DNA from: Thermosulfurimonas dismutans
Lineage (GTDB): Bacteria > Desulfobacterota > Thermodesulfobacteria > Thermodesulfobacteriales > Thermodesulfobacteriaceae
Direction: 5' to 3'
NCBI RefSeq assembly: GCF_001652585.1
Contig: NZ_LWLG01000010.1
Span: 37,399-69,398 of the forward strand
Length of the DNA: 32,000 nt
A model generated the notes under the pieces. It was given only the letters and a program-made list of their open reading frames with translations, had not been told where the DNA came from and did no database searches. A program made the position numbers and the translations under genes. The number at the start of each line of letters is the position of its first letter. Position 1 is the first letter of the stretch. Of this stretch, positions 7,332 through 17,755 are shown piece after piece.

Positions 7332-7946
7332 TTTGCTCCTTTTTCTTTTGTGATACCACATATAGACGAACACACACAGACCGGCCAAAAGGAGTACCCC
7401 AAAGGTGCCCCGGTGAAGGGCCTGTTTTAGCAGGGCTTCATTTCGACCCAAGAAGTATCCGCAGAGGGCAAGAAAGGTGACCCAGATTCCGGCCCCTAGA
7501 GCCGTAAAAATGGTAAAAAAAAGCCCGTTCATACGCCCGATGCCAGCCGGAAGACTGATATACTGTCTTACTCCCGGGATAAGTCTTCCCACGAAGGTAC
7601 TGATGTGACCGTGTCGTCCGAAAAACTCCTCTACCTTAAAAAGGGTGGCCTCACTGAGAAAGAGATAGCTCCCGTACTTTCGGAGGAACTTCACCAAGGC
7701 CGGACGCCCCAGTTTCAGGGCCAAGAAGTAGTTAAACCAGGCCCCGGCCACGCTACCCCCTATTCCGGAAAGGATCACCAGCCCGAGATCCATCTCACCC
7801 CGGGCCGCAAGATAAGCCGCCGGGGGTATCACCACCTCGCTCGGAAAAGGAAAGAGCGAGGACTCAAGGGCCATGAGTAGGAAAATCCCAGGATACCCCA
7901 GGCGGCCGATGGTCTCGAGCAAGAAATTTACGACTTCAGAGAGCAC
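7326..7946 (-). CDS. DedA family inner-membrane protein
   Basis: DedA/SNARE-associated motifs [31 protein letters not shown] and [19 protein letters not shown]. Multiple TM segments. GTG start at 7946. Confidence 0.85.
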   Translation of the reverse strand: MLSEVVNFLLETIGRLGYPGIFLLMALESSLFPFPSEVVIPPAAYLAARGEMDLGLVILSGIGGSVAGAWFNYFLALKLGRPALVKFLRKYGSYLFLSEATLFKVEEFFGRHGHISTFVGRLIPGVRQYISLPAGIGRMNGLFFTIFTALGAGIWVTFLALCGYFLGRNEALLKQALHRGTFGVLLLAGLCVFVYMWYHKRKRSKL

Positions 7947-8006
7947 CTAATGCACATCCTCGAAAGGATATGAGGAGGGGCGGACCGCCCCTCTGAGGTT
8001 TTAGGC

Positions 8007-8219
8007 TCAGCCGAAGCCGAAACCATGCCCCCTGCTTCCACAGGAACCAAAGCCAAAGGAACCACTTCCGCCTAGACCACAGGCGAAACTCGAAAGTTCC
8101 TTCCTCACCCGGTGGCTCCCACACCGGGGGCAGTTGATCTCCCTTTCATCGCGGAGACCGAAGCAAAGCTTCTCGAATTTCTCTCCGCAATCTTCACACC
8201 GGAATTCATAAATGGGCAT
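8007..8219 (-). CDS. FmdB-family zinc-ribbon protein (CxxC_CxxC_SSSS)
   Basis: MPIYEFRCEDCGEKFE...INCPRCGS gives two CxxC pairs and the family's YEYxC N-terminus. A strong Shine-Dalgarno (GGGAGGTG) lies 8 nt upstream of ATG 8219. Gly/Ser/Phe-rich tail. Confidence 0.8.
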   Translation of the reverse strand: MPIYEFRCEDCGEKFEKLCFGLRDEREINCPRCGSHRVRKELSSFACGLGGSGSFGFGSCGSRGHGFGFG

Positions 8220-8289
8220 AATCTCACACCTCCCTTCCGATTTATCCGATCTCTAAAATTTAAGCTCCATCTTTCAAAAGTAAAGTCTA

Positions 8290-9033
8290 TCAACGCGGAA
8301 GGTATTCCGGGCGCCAGTTGAAAATGGCCCGAAAAACCGACCCCCTTACCTTGGGATTGATGGTGTAGAGGTGTTCCTCAAGCCATCGCTCCATGAAGAC
8401 TCGACGGGTCTCCCCGGAAAAGGGGCAGGGATTCTCCACAATGGGGAAACCCTCCTTTTGGGCGTAGGCCTTGAGGGACTCCTTTTCAACCAGGACGAGG
8501 GGCCTTATTAGATAGAGTTTGCCCCCAAACATTTCCTGGACCGGAAGAATGGTAGAGAGCTCCCCGTGAAAGCACATATTGAGAAAGAAGGTCACCACCA
8601 GGTCGTCCCGGTGGTGGCCAAAAGCGATCTTGTTGAAGTTCTCCTCCCCGGCCAGTCTGAAAAGATGTTTCCGGCGATGCCAAGAGCAGACGAAACAGGG
8701 CGAGGCCGTACCCGCATCCGCAGCCTCCATGGCCTGAATTCCGCAATCGGTCTTGATGAGGCGAAAGGGGACCTCAAGATCTTTACAGAAGGCCTCAAGT
8801 TTTCCCAGGCCCTCATCATAGTCCTTCCCCCGGGGAAACCCCATATCTAAGTGGACCGCCAGCAACTCGTACTCGAACTTCACCTTACGTCGCCATTCTG
8901 CAAGAAAATAGGTAAGGACCAGACTGTCCGCCCCCCCGGAAAGGGCAATTAGAATACGATCCCCGGGGGCCAACATCTCGTACTTATGAAGGGCTCGACC
9001 TATCAAACGTTTGAGACGATGGTAAAGAGACAT
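8290..9033 (-). CDS. ttcA: PP-loop ATP pyrophosphatase, tRNA 2-thiocytidine synthase (TtcA) family
   Basis: PP-loop [11 protein letters not shown], Cys motif [18 protein letters not shown] and a C-terminal CPF..E pattern match TtcA-type tRNA thiolases. 247 aa. Confidence 0.75.
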   Translation of the reverse strand: MSLYHRLKRLIGRALHKYEMLAPGDRILIALSGGADSLVLTYFLAEWRRKVKFEYELLAVHLDMGFPRGKDYDEGLGKLEAFCKDLEVPFRLIKTDCGIQAMEAADAGTASPCFVCSWHRRKHLFRLAGEENFNKIAFGHHRDDLVVTFFLNMCFHGELSTILPVQEMFGGKLYLIRPLVLVEKESLKAYAQKEGFPIVENPCPFSGETRRVFMERWLEEHLYTINPKVRGSVFRAIFNWRPEYLPR

Positions 9034-9054
9034 GGGCTAAGGTATAAAGGAAAT

Positions 9055-11862
9055 ATGGCCGAAAGCAAGCCCTTTGGGCTTGATCATGATCAGAAAGTAG
9101 CGACTACAGCCAAAAGTTCGATGCTGGTGGTGGCTGGCCCTGGGGCCGGCAAAACCCGCGTTCTTATCGCCAGGGCCGCCCATCTCCTGGAAAACGGTAT
9201 CCCGCCAGATCGTATCCTCCTTCTCACCTTCACGGTCAGAACCCGTCGGGAACTCAAGGAACGACTTACAGAAGCTGGCCTCGGGGAAATCCGAGTTGAG
9301 ACCTTCCACGCCCTGGCCTACGATCTCCTCTACGAGGCTACTGGGAAGCCTCCTCGCATTGCAGATGAGGAAGAGCTTGAAGAAATTGTCAAGCCGGTAT
9401 TGCGCAGGGCTGGTCTGAAACTCTCCCCACGCAAGGGGCTCGAAAAACTCTACTACGGTGGAGAGGCCTTTTCGGACGCAAGAAGCGAATACCTGCGCTA
9501 TCTATCTGCCCGAAATCTTTACGACTACAATCGTCTTCTTATTGAGGCTGGGAAATTGGTCCGGAAAGATTTCTCAGGATATCACCTACTCATTGATGAA
9601 TTTCAGGATCTATCCCCGGAAATACTTTCCTTTCTCAGTATCTTCCGGGGAGCTGAGTTTTTCCTGGTGGGCGATCCGGCCCAGGCCATCTATAGTTTCC
9701 GAGGGGCTCGGCCCGAAAAACTCAGAAATTTCCTTACGGAAAACCTTCCGGAACTAAAAATCCATGTTCTCCGGCACAGTTACAGGGTACCGGAAGGCAT
9801 CCTACGGATGGCCGAAGGCCTGAGGTTTGACCCCTTCAACCTGGGACTCTCCCTTACTGCCACCAGGCCCGGTGGAGAGATCCTTGGCTGGCGTTATCCC
9901 TCGGTCAGGGCTGAGGCCATCGGTGTGGCCAAAATGGTAGCCGAACTCTTGGGTGGCACGAGGATGGAAACCGCAGGTTACACGGATCTTTGCCCTGGAG
10001 ACATCATGGTCCTTGCTCGCCTCCGGACTGTACTTGCCCCTCTAAAAGAAACCTTCCTCAAAGAGGGCCTTCCCCTTTCCGAACCCGAGGAGGAAGCCGA
10101 GAGGCGGGCCGCACTCGTAAGGGAACTCGCAAAGTATGCGGACGATCCGGAAGGATTCAGGGAGAAACTTTCGAGGCTCCCCGCGGACCTTAAAGAGGGA
10201 ATCAGCGATATTCTGGCCGGAGATCTAGAGAAAGAGAGACTCGTGGCGAGGCTCAAGCTTATCTCCATGGCCGACTTCCTGCGTCCTTCAACCACAGGAG
10301 TAAACCTTCTCACCATCCACGGAGCCAAGGGGCTTGAGGCCCGGGTGGTCATCCTAGTGGGGGCGGAAAAGGGACTTCTCCCTCTGAAGGTGCTTCCGGA
10401 TAGTGATCCTGCCGAGGAAAAACGCCTCCTTTACGTGGCCCTGACGAGAGCCCGCGAGAAATTCATCTTTACCACCGCCCCGGGTCGAAGACTCTTCGGA
10501 AAAAAACTCTCCGGGGAGGTCTCTCCCTGGCTCAGGAAGATTCCCCAGCGGGAGGAAAAGATGCCCTCACGCCGTCCGAAACAAGTGGGCCTTTTCGGTA
10601 TTATCCTATTCTTCCTTCTCATCTGGACTTCGCCGATCCACGGAATGAACCTGATGGAAGCTGTTCACCAGTGGGAAAACGTCCTCCGACAAAAACACCC
10701 CGCCCTCAAAGCCCTACGGGCCCGAATTGAGGCCCAAGAACAGAGGATTGAGCCCGCCGGGGCCCTACCAGATCCCCGTCTGAGTTTCATTGTGCGCAAT
10801 GTTGGAGACCCTGTTCCGGCAAATACCCTGGGGGAAGAGGCCATGAGTCTTACCGGGGTGAGGCTCGAACAGGGACTTCCATGGCGGGGCAAAAGACCCA
10901 CCCGCAAAAAACTTGCCACTCTAAGAACCGAAGAACTCCGTATCCGCTATGAGGACCTCTTCTGGCGCCTCCGGGGGGAAATGCTGAAAGGTGCTCTCGA
11001 ACTGGCTTACCTTGAAGGGGAAACCCGAATACTGAAGGATATCTTCAACCTCCTTCAGACCTTTGAAGAGGTGGCTCTTACACGGTATGAGTCTGGAGCA
11101 GGCCTTCAGGCCGATATTCTCCGCGTCCGCACGGAGAAGAGTTTTATCCGCAAACAGCTCCTCCGCAACGAGGAGAGACGCAAAAGCCTTTCGTGGCTCC
11201 TCTGTCGCAAGTACCTGGTGACGGGCTGCGACCATCCCGTACAAATTGAGTTTCCCGAAGAACTACCCCCGCTACCCCCTGAGGAAAGACTCCATCCCCT
11301 GCTCGAGGACTCCCCACGCGTGCGAATATTCCGCATCCGGGTACGCGAGAGGAGCCTTTCGGCCAGACTGGCCGAACTTGAACGCTATCCGGACTTCAGG
11401 ATCTTTGCAGGCTGGTACTCCCGGGGAAACCTCCCCGAGATCTATGAACTCGGGATAGGGTTAGATATTCCCCTCTTCATCAGTCGCAAGCAGGGCCCCC
11501 TCCTAGAGGCCGCTCGTAACGAGGTCTCGGCAGCCGAGGAAAACCTCGAGGACATAAAAAACGATCTCTCCTTCAGGCTGGAAAACCTCCTCATCAAAGC
11601 CCGCACCGAGAAGGAACTTGTAAACCTCTACCGGAGGGAAATCCTCCCCCAGGCGGAAGCCGATCTTGAGTCCGCAAGGTATTATTACGAGAATGGAAAG
11701 CTGGACTTTCTCAATCTCATCGAACGCGTAAGACATCTCCTCACCTACCGTAGGGAACTCCTGAGACATCGTACGGACTATCTTTCGGCCATTTTTGAAA
11801 TTGAAAGCCTCCTCGGAAGGGCCCTTCTTTTCACGGAATCTTCAGACGGAGGTCGTCCATGA
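9055..11862 (+). CDS. UvrD/Rep-family (SF1) helicase ORF; helicase domain ends near 10560 but the frame has no stop until 11862, so it reads into the TolC-family gene
   Basis: Start is ATG 9055 (AAGGA Shine-Dalgarno). The ORF-track start at 8986 lies inside the divergent ttcA gene. SF1 motifs: AGPGAGKT (Walker A), LLIDEFQD (II), [16 protein letters not shown] (III), HSYRVP (IV), TIHGAKGLE (V), [13 protein letters not shown] (VI). Codon-by-codon reading of 10441-10680 shows no stop. Confidence 0.75.
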   Translation: MAESKPFGLDHDQKVATTAKSSMLVVAGPGAGKTRVLIARAAHLLENGIPPDRILLLTFTVRTRRELKERLTEAGLGEIRVETFHALAYDLLYEATGKPPRIADEEELEEIVKPVLRRAGLKLSPRKGLEKLYYGGEAFSDARSEYLRYLSARNLYDYNRLLIEAGKLVRKDFSGYHLLIDEFQDLSPEILSFLSIFRGAEFFLVGDPAQAIYSFRGARPEKLRNFLTENLPELKIHVLRHSYRVPEGILRMAEGLRFDPFNLGLSLTATRPGGEILGWRYPSVRAEAIGVAKMVAELLGGTRMETAGYTDLCPGDIMVLARLRTVLAPLKETFLKEGLPLSEPEEEAERRAALVRELAKYADDPEGFREKLSRLPADLKEGISDILAGDLEKERLVARLKLISMADFLRPSTTGVNLLTIHGAKGLEARVVILVGAEKGLLPLKVLPDSDPAEEKRLLYVALTRAREKFIFTTAPGRRLFGKKLSGEVSPWLRKIPQREEKMPSRRPKQVGLFGIILFFLLIWTSPIHGMNLMEAVHQWENVLRQKHPALKALRARIEAQEQRIEPAGALPDPRLSFIVRNVGDPVPANTLGEEAMSLTGVRLEQGLPWRGKRPTRKKLATLRTEELRIRYEDLFWRLRGEMLKGALELAYLEGETRILKDIFNLLQTFEEVALTRYESGAGLQADILRVRTEKSFIRKQLLRNEERRKSLSWLLCRKYLVTGCDHPVQIEFPEELPPLPPEERLHPLLEDSPRVRIFRIRVRERSLSARLAELERYPDFRIFAGWYSRGNLPEIYELGIGLDIPLFISRKQGPLLEAARNEVSAAEENLEDIKNDLSFRLENLLIKARTEKELVNLYRREILPQAEADLESARYYYENGKLDFLNLIERVRHLLTYRRELLRHRTDYLSAIFEIESLLGRALLFTESSDGGRP
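10551..10555 (+). promoter_or_regulatory. Internal Shine-Dalgarno (GGAGG) serving the ATG at 10561 of the outer-membrane factor gene
   Basis: GGAGG at 10551-10555, then a 5-nt spacer (aaaag), then ATG 10561. The ATG opens a signal-peptide-like sequence, [28 protein letters not shown]. Confidence 0.6.
10561..11862 (+). CDS. TolC-family outer-membrane efflux factor (CusC/CzcC-like), translated from an internal start within the helicase frame
   Basis: 433 aa. N-terminal signal peptide, then the two-repeat coiled-coil/beta-barrel pattern of OEP/TolC proteins ([17 protein letters not shown]...LPDPRLSF...; second repeat ...[24 protein letters not shown]...). Its stop overlaps the ATG of the adaptor gene (ATGA at 11859-11862). 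Confidence 0.8.
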   Translation: MPSRRPKQVGLFGIILFFLLIWTSPIHGMNLMEAVHQWENVLRQKHPALKALRARIEAQEQRIEPAGALPDPRLSFIVRNVGDPVPANTLGEEAMSLTGVRLEQGLPWRGKRPTRKKLATLRTEELRIRYEDLFWRLRGEMLKGALELAYLEGETRILKDIFNLLQTFEEVALTRYESGAGLQADILRVRTEKSFIRKQLLRNEERRKSLSWLLCRKYLVTGCDHPVQIEFPEELPPLPPEERLHPLLEDSPRVRIFRIRVRERSLSARLAELERYPDFRIFAGWYSRGNLPEIYELGIGLDIPLFISRKQGPLLEAARNEVSAAEENLEDIKNDLSFRLENLLIKARTEKELVNLYRREILPQAEADLESARYYYENGKLDFLNLIERVRHLLTYRRELLRHRTDYLSAIFEIESLLGRALLFTESSDGGRP

Positions 11863-13127
11863 AAAGGTTTATTGGATTGATCCTGGCGGGGACGATCCTC
11901 CTCGTCTCGCCCGCAACACTAGCAAAAAGTAAGATCTACATCTGTCCAATGCACCCCTCGTATCGTGCGGAAAAACCGGGGAAGTGTCCCATATGCGGAA
12001 TGGATCTCGTACCTCTGAAGACTGAAGAACCCCTAAAAACACCTCCCCCGGCTCACGAGAAAAAAAACCATCTAACCCCTAAAAAATCTGCTCTTCCGCT
12101 GGCCCCGGTCAAACTCTCTCCGGAAAGAGCGCAGCTCATAGGAGTAAAACTCGCCAGAGTGACCCATGAAAAGGTGGTCATCTCCCTGAGGGCTCCGGCC
12201 CGGGTGAAATATGACGAGACCCGCCTCTTTACGGTTCATACCCGAGTGGCCGGCTGGGTGGAGGAGGTCCGGGCGGATTACACCGGAAAATTCGTAAAAC
12301 GTGGAGAGGTCCTCTTCACCCTCTACGCCCCGGAGGTTCTTTCTACCCAGGAAGAACTCATCCGCGGGCTCAGGTGGCTCAAAAAGCTCCAGGAAATGAA
12401 GGCCTCCCCAAAACTCATATCCGAGGCCGAAAACCTCATCCAGAGCGCCCGTAGACGACTGGCGCTCTGGAATTTCCCGGAGGAAGCTCTAAGAGAGGTG
12501 GAGCACACCCTAAAGCCCCTAAAGGCCTTTCCGGTTGTCTCACCGGTTTCGGGCTGGGTGGTGGCCAAACAGGTCTTCCCTGGAAAGAGAATTGCCCCGG
12601 AAACTCCGCTTTATACCTTGGCGGACGTCTCTAAAGTCTTCATTGAGGCCGATTTCTACGAAACCGAGCTTCCGGAGATCCGGCCCGGGCTTAAGGTGGA
12701 GGTGGTGTTCCCCTATCTCAACCGCACCTTCCGGGGAAAGATAGAAGAGGTCTATCCCTATATGGAAGCGAAACTCCGGGTCCTGAGAGCCAGGCTCACA
12801 CTCGATAACCCGGAGGGTCTCCTCCGGCCCGGAATGTGGGCCGAGGTGCGGACAGAGATCCCCTTAGGCATGCGGATGGTCATCCCGGACGAGGCCCTTA
12901 TCTACGGAGGCGGACATTACTATGTGTTCATAAAGAAGGGAGACGGGCTCTTTGAACCCCGCATGGTCAGGGTCGGCAGAAAGGTGGGGGACAAGAGAAT
13001 AGTCCTTTCGGGAGTTTCTCACGGCGAGGAGGTGGTGGTCTCGGCCAACTTCCTGATAGATGCCGAATCCAGACTAAAGGCTGCCCTTTCGGCCTTCGGA
13101 GGAGGCCATGATCACGCGCATCATTGA
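11859..13127 (+). CDS. Efflux RND periplasmic adaptor (membrane fusion protein), CusB/CzcB-like, with N-terminal heavy-metal-binding domain
   Basis: Signal/anchor [22 protein letters not shown]. Cys4 motif [26 protein letters not shown]. HlyD/MFP barrel-sandwich and beta-barrel regions. C-terminal GGGHDHAHH. Confidence 0.85.
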   Translation: MKRFIGLILAGTILLVSPATLAKSKIYICPMHPSYRAEKPGKCPICGMDLVPLKTEEPLKTPPPAHEKKNHLTPKKSALPLAPVKLSPERAQLIGVKLARVTHEKVVISLRAPARVKYDETRLFTVHTRVAGWVEEVRADYTGKFVKRGEVLFTLYAPEVLSTQEELIRGLRWLKKLQEMKASPKLISEAENLIQSARRRLALWNFPEEALREVEHTLKPLKAFPVVSPVSGWVVAKQVFPGKRIAPETPLYTLADVSKVFIEADFYETELPEIRPGLKVEVVFPYLNRTFRGKIEEVYPYMEAKLRVLRARLTLDNPEGLLRPGMWAEVRTEIPLGMRMVIPDEALIYGGGHYYVFIKKGDGLFEPRMVRVGRKVGDKRIVLSGVSHGEEVVVSANFLIDAESRLKAALSAFGGGHDHAHH

Positions 13128-16100
13128 AACCTCAGCCAGAAACCCCTTGATGGTATGCCTTGTGGTCCTGATGATGGTGGTCTTCTCCTGGTACGCCATC
13201 CATAGGGTGCCCCTTGACGCCATCCCGGATCTTTCGGACATCCAGGTTATCGTGGTGGCGGAATGGCCCGGTCAGAGCCCGGACCTCATGGAGGATCAGG
13301 TAACCTATCCCCTGGTCTCGGCCCTGGTCTCGGTTCCCAGAGTTAAGACCGTGCGAGGCTATTCCTACTTCGGACAGGCCTTCATCTACGTACTCTTTCA
13401 GGATGGAACCGACCTCTACTGGGCACGAAGCCGTATTCTGGAATATCTCCAGCAGATAAAGGACCGTCTGCCGCAGGGGGTACGGGTGAGCCTCGGTCCG
13501 GATGCTACCGGGGTGGGCTGGGTCTTTCAGTACGCCCTGGTGGATACCACCGGAAAACACGATCTTGCGGAGCTACGATCCTTTCAGGATTTCTACCTCA
13601 AGTACTGGCTTGAGGGCGTCCCCGGGGTGGCGGAAGTGGCCAGCGTGGGAGGATTTGTACGCCAATACCAGGTCCTTCTTGATCCGGTAAAACTTTATGC
13701 CTACGGGCTCTCGGTCTCGGAGGTCATAAAGGCCATCCGGAAAAGCAATCGCGAGGTGGGGGGACGGGTACTCGAGTTTGCGGGCAAGGAATTTTTCGTA
13801 AGGGGAAGGGGCTACCTCAAAGGACTGAGAGACCTTGAGCGGATAGTGATAAAGGTGGACCCCGAAACCGGAACCCCGGTGCTCTTAAAGGACATCGCGG
13901 AGGTCCGTCTCGGGGCGGAGCTCAGGCGCGGGGCCGCAGAATTAAACGGCCAAGGCGAAGTGGTGGGCGGGATCGTGGTCATGCGTTATGGGGAAAACGC
14001 CTTAAACGTGATCCGGCGGGTGAAGGAACGCCTCCGAGAGATCGAACCCGCCCTTCCAGAGGGGGTCAAAATCGTCATCACCTACGACCGCTCAGGACTC
14101 ATCAAACGGGCCATCGGCACCCTGAAGAAGACGCTGGTTGAGGAAATGGTGGTGGTCTCTCTGGTGATCTTCCTCTTCCTGTTGCATCCCCCCTCGGCGC
14201 TGGTGGCGGTGATCGTCCTTCCGGTGGCCGTAGCTTTTTCGTTTATACCCATGGAAAAACTCCGGATAACGGCCAACATCATGTCGCTCGGAGGCATAGC
14301 CATCGCCATCGGGGCCATGGTGGATGCAGTGATCGTGCTCGTAGAAAACGCCCACAAACACCTGGAGCGCGAGACAGGCCCCCGCCGGGAGGTCATCCTC
14401 CGGGCGGCGAAAGAGGTGGGGCCTCCCATCTTCTTCTCCCTCCTAGTGATCACCATCTCCTTTCTTCCGGTCTTTGCCCTCGAGGCCCAAGAGGGGAAGC
14501 TCTTCAAGCCCCTGGCCTACACCAAGACCTTCTCCATGTTCTTCGCCTCCCTCCTTTCCATCACTCTGGCCCCGGCCCTCATGAGCTGGTTCGTGCGGCG
14601 GGCCTTGCCGGAGGGGAAGAACCCGTTCTCGCGCCTCCTCATCGCCCTCTACCGGCCGGTCCTAAGAAGGGCCCTAAAGTGGAAGTGGGCCGTAATTGGA
14701 CTCTCGGTGGCGGCCCTTGCTGTCACCATCCCGGCGTGGCAACGCCTGGGCTCGGAGTTCATGCCGCCCCTCAATGAGGGAGACATCCTCTATATGCCGA
14801 CCACCCTGCCAGGTATCTCCATTACCGAGGCCGTAAGGGTCCTCCAGATTCAGGATCGGTTACTCAAAAGTTTTCCCGAAGTGGAAACCGTCTTCGGCAA
14901 GGTGGGTCGGGCGGAGACCGCCACCGACCCGGCGCCCCTTTCCATGGTGGAGACCACGGTGCGGCTCAAGCCCCGGGATCAGTGGCGGCCGGGCATGACC
15001 TGGGAAAAACTCATCGAGGAGATGGATCGCACCCTTCAGATCCCGGGCTGGACCAACGCCTGGACCATGCCCATCAAGACCCGCATTGACATGCTCACCA
15101 CCGGCGTAAGGACCCCCATCGGGATCAAGATCTACGGAAAGGATCTCACCACCATTCAAAAAATCGGCGAAGAACTGGAAAGGGTTCTTAAGGAAATCCC
15201 CGGCACCCGAAGCGTTTATGCCGAAAGGACAAGCGGGGGCTACTACGTGGATATTGTCCCGGATCGGACGGCCTGTGCCCGTTACGGCCTTACGGTGGGT
15301 GACGTTTTGGAGGTAATACGAACCGCGGTGGGAGGTATGGTCATAGACTACACCGTGGAGGGCCGGGAGAGGTATCCCGTTCAGGTGCGCTATGCCCGAG
15401 AATTCCGCGACGATCTGGAGGATCTGAAAGGAATACTGGTCAAAACCCCCTCTGGAGCCCAGGTACCTCTAGGGGAACTTGCGGAAATCAGGATGCTTGA
15501 CGGCCCTCCCATGATCAAGGACGAAAACGGCTTTCGAGTAGGCTACGTGTATGTAGATGTGGCTGGACGGGATATCGGAGGCTACGTGGCCGAAGCCAAA
15601 CGGCTGGTAAGGGAAAAGATCAAGCTACCACCGGGCTATTTCCTGGAGTGGAGCGGTCAGTACCAGTTCATGGAAAGGGTGAAGCGCAAACTGAGACTTC
15701 TCATACCTATTACGCTCTTTCTGATCTTCTTTTTGCTATACCTCCATTTCCGAAATCTCATAGAGGTCGTTCTCATCATGCTCTCCATCCCCTTTGCCCT
15801 GGTGGGCTCGGTCTGGATCCTTTATTTCCTCAAATACAATCTCTCGGTGGCCGTAGGAGTGGGCATGATCGCCCTTGCGGGGGTGGCGGCCGAGACCGGG
15901 GTGGTCATGCTGGTCTATTTAGACTCCACCTACCGCAAAAGGCTTGAGGCCGGGGGCGTGCGGGACAGAAGGGTGCTCCGTGAGGCCGTAGTAGAAGGGG
16001 CGGTCATGCGTCTTAGGCCCAAGGTCATGACCGTACTGACCACCATCGTGGGGCTCCTACCCCTTCTCTGGTCCCAGGGCACGGGGGCGGATGTCATGAG

Positions 16101-16206
16101 GCGGATCGCGGCCCCCATGATCGGCGGCCTCATCACTTCCACCCTAGTCACTCTCCTTCTCATTCCGGTCCTTTACGAGTGGTGGCGGAGTAGAAAAATA
16201 GCTTGA
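13108..16206 (+). CDS. Heavy-metal efflux RND pump, CusA/CzcA family
   Basis: 1032 aa. N-terminus [16 protein letters not shown] is typical of CusA/CzcA. 12-TM RND topology with two large periplasmic loops. Overlaps the adaptor gene by 20 nt. Metal specificity (Cu/Ag versus Co/Zn/Cd) is not resolved from sequence. Confidence 0.95.
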   Translation: MITRIIETSARNPLMVCLVVLMMVVFSWYAIHRVPLDAIPDLSDIQVIVVAEWPGQSPDLMEDQVTYPLVSALVSVPRVKTVRGYSYFGQAFIYVLFQDGTDLYWARSRILEYLQQIKDRLPQGVRVSLGPDATGVGWVFQYALVDTTGKHDLAELRSFQDFYLKYWLEGVPGVAEVASVGGFVRQYQVLLDPVKLYAYGLSVSEVIKAIRKSNREVGGRVLEFAGKEFFVRGRGYLKGLRDLERIVIKVDPETGTPVLLKDIAEVRLGAELRRGAAELNGQGEVVGGIVVMRYGENALNVIRRVKERLREIEPALPEGVKIVITYDRSGLIKRAIGTLKKTLVEEMVVVSLVIFLFLLHPPSALVAVIVLPVAVAFSFIPMEKLRITANIMSLGGIAIAIGAMVDAVIVLVENAHKHLERETGPRREVILRAAKEVGPPIFFSLLVITISFLPVFALEAQEGKLFKPLAYTKTFSMFFASLLSITLAPALMSWFVRRALPEGKNPFSRLLIALYRPVLRRALKWKWAVIGLSVAALAVTIPAWQRLGSEFMPPLNEGDILYMPTTLPGISITEAVRVLQIQDRLLKSFPEVETVFGKVGRAETATDPAPLSMVETTVRLKPRDQWRPGMTWEKLIEEMDRTLQIPGWTNAWTMPIKTRIDMLTTGVRTPIGIKIYGKDLTTIQKIGEELERVLKEIPGTRSVYAERTSGGYYVDIVPDRTACARYGLTVGDVLEVIRTAVGGMVIDYTVEGRERYPVQVRYAREFRDDLEDLKGILVKTPSGAQVPLGELAEIRMLDGPPMIKDENGFRVGYVYVDVAGRDIGGYVAEAKRLVREKIKLPPGYFLEWSGQYQFMERVKRKLRLLIPITLFLIFFLLYLHFRNLIEVVLIMLSIPFALVGSVWILYFLKYNLSVAVGVGMIALAGVAAETGVVMLVYLDSTYRKRLEAGGVRDRRVLREAVVEGAVMRLRPKVMTVLTTIVGLLPLLWSQGTGADVMRRIAAPMIGGLITSTLVTLLLIPVLYEWWRSRKIA

Positions 16207-16264
16207 AGATTTGCGAATAAGGCAATATGGTTTCAAGACACATCCCCGCGGAAGGAGGTTAGCG

Positions 16265-17755
16265 GTGAAAGAGGAAAGCGCAGTCTTGGAGGCTCGGCGC
16301 AAAAAGGCCGAAGAATTTGAAAAACTAGGCCATCCCCTTTTCCCAAACGATTTCAGGCCCACGGATCGGGCCGGAGTGCTCCAGGATCTTTTCAAGGATT
16401 ACGACAACGAAACTCTGGAAAAACTAGGAAAGACCTTTCGCCTGGCCGGCCGCATGATGGCCCGCCGGGATTTCGGCAAGGCGGTCTTCATCCATATCCA
16501 GGATGAGACCGGCCGCATCCAGGTCTTCGTCAAACGGGATGAAGTGGGCGAGGAACAGTTCAAACTCTTCAAAAAGTACTTTGACATAGGGGACATCATC
16601 GGGGTGGAAGGCCCCCTCTTTCGCACCAAGACCGGGGAGCTCACGGTGCTGGCCAAGGAAATCCGCTTGGTCACCAAGGCCTTCCGGCCCCTTCCCGAAA
16701 AGTTTCACGGCCTGCGGGATACCGAACTACGCTACCGCATGCGCTATGTAGATCTCATTATGAACCCCCGGGTGAGGGAGATCTTCCGCACCCGAACCCG
16801 CATCGTTCAATACTTACGGGATTATTTTATCTCCAACGGATTTCTAGAAGTAGAAACCCCTATGATGCAACCTATACCCGGCGGAGCCACTGCGAGACCT
16901 TTTAAGACCTTCCATCACGCCCTAGAAAGGGAGCTCTATTTAAGGATCGCCCCAGAACTTTATCTCAAGAGGCTCCTCGTGGGCGGCTTCGAGCGGGTCT
17001 TTGAACTGAATCGCAACTTCCGGAACGAAGGAGTTTCCACCCAGCACAACCCGGAGTTCACCATGCTCGAGTTTTACGAGGCCTACGCCACCTACGAGGA
17101 CCTCATGCGCCGGACGGAGGAGATCTTCGTAGGCCTAGCCCAAGAACTAACCGGAGAAAACCGGATCACCTACCAGGGCGAAACCATAGACTTCACTCCA
17201 CCCTGGCCCCGGATTCCTTTCAAGAAGGCCTTGCTGGAGATCGGAGGGGTACCGGAGGAAGTTCTAGAATCTAAAGAGAAAATTCTCGAATTTGCCAAAC
17301 AAAGAGACATCAAAGTGGATCCCCGGGAGCCGGTGCTTCAGAAGCTCTGGGCCAAGCTCTTTGACGCCCTGGTGGAACCCAAGCTCATCCAGCCCACCTT
17401 CATCACCGAATTCCCGGTGGAGATCTCCCCGCTGGCTCGGAGGAACGACAAAGATCCTTCCATCACCGACCGGTTTGAACTCTTCATCGCTGGTCGGGAG
17501 ATCGCCAACGCCTTCTCGGAGCTGAACGACCCCCGGGACCAGAGGGTCCGTTTTGAGGAGCAGATCCGGAAACGCCTTGAGGACGATCCTGAGATCCATC
17601 CGGAGATGGACGAGGACTTTATCCGGGCCTTGGAATACGGTATGCCCCCTACCGCTGGGGAAGGAATTGGTATCGACCGGGTGGTCATGCTCTTTACGGA
17701 TTCGCCCTCTATCCGGGAAGTCATCCTTTTCCCACATCTAAGGCCGGAGGCTTGA
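16265..17755 (+). CDS. lysS: Lysine--tRNA ligase (class II)
   Basis: OB-fold anticodon-binding domain (FRLAGRMMARRDFGKAVFIHIQDETGRIQVF) and class II motifs (FRNEG, ELFIAGREIANAFSELNDP, GIGIDRVVML). The start was moved from the ORF-track TTG at 16211 to GTG at 16265, preceded by a GGAGG Shine-Dalgarno. This gives 496 aa, the normal size. Confidence 0.95.
   Translation: MKEESAVLEARRKKAEEFEKLGHPLFPNDFRPTDRAGVLQDLFKDYDNETLEKLGKTFRLAGRMMARRDFGKAVFIHIQDETGRIQVFVKRDEVGEEQFKLFKKYFDIGDIIGVEGPLFRTKTGELTVLAKEIRLVTKAFRPLPEKFHGLRDTELRYRMRYVDLIMNPRVREIFRTRTRIVQYLRDYFISNGFLEVETPMMQPIPGGATARPFKTFHHALERELYLRIAPELYLKRLLVGGFERVFELNRNFRNEGVSTQHNPEFTMLEFYEAYATYEDLMRRTEEIFVGLAQELTGENRITYQGETIDFTPPWPRIPFKKALLEIGGVPEEVLESKEKILEFAKQRDIKVDPREPVLQKLWAKLFDALVEPKLIQPTFITEFPVEISPLARRNDKDPSITDRFELFIAGREIANAFSELNDPRDQRVRFEEQIRKRLEDDPEIHPEMDEDFIRALEYGMPPTAGEGIGIDRVVMLFTDSPSIREVILFPHLRPEA

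Noticed and set aside
8007-8080. Gly/Ser/Phe-rich tail (GLGGSGSFGFGSCGSRGHGFGFG) on the small zinc-ribbon protein.
   Set aside because: To my knowledge, low-complexity Gly/Ser/Cys-rich tails are a common feature of FmdB-family zinc-ribbon proteins, so the tail alone is not unusual.
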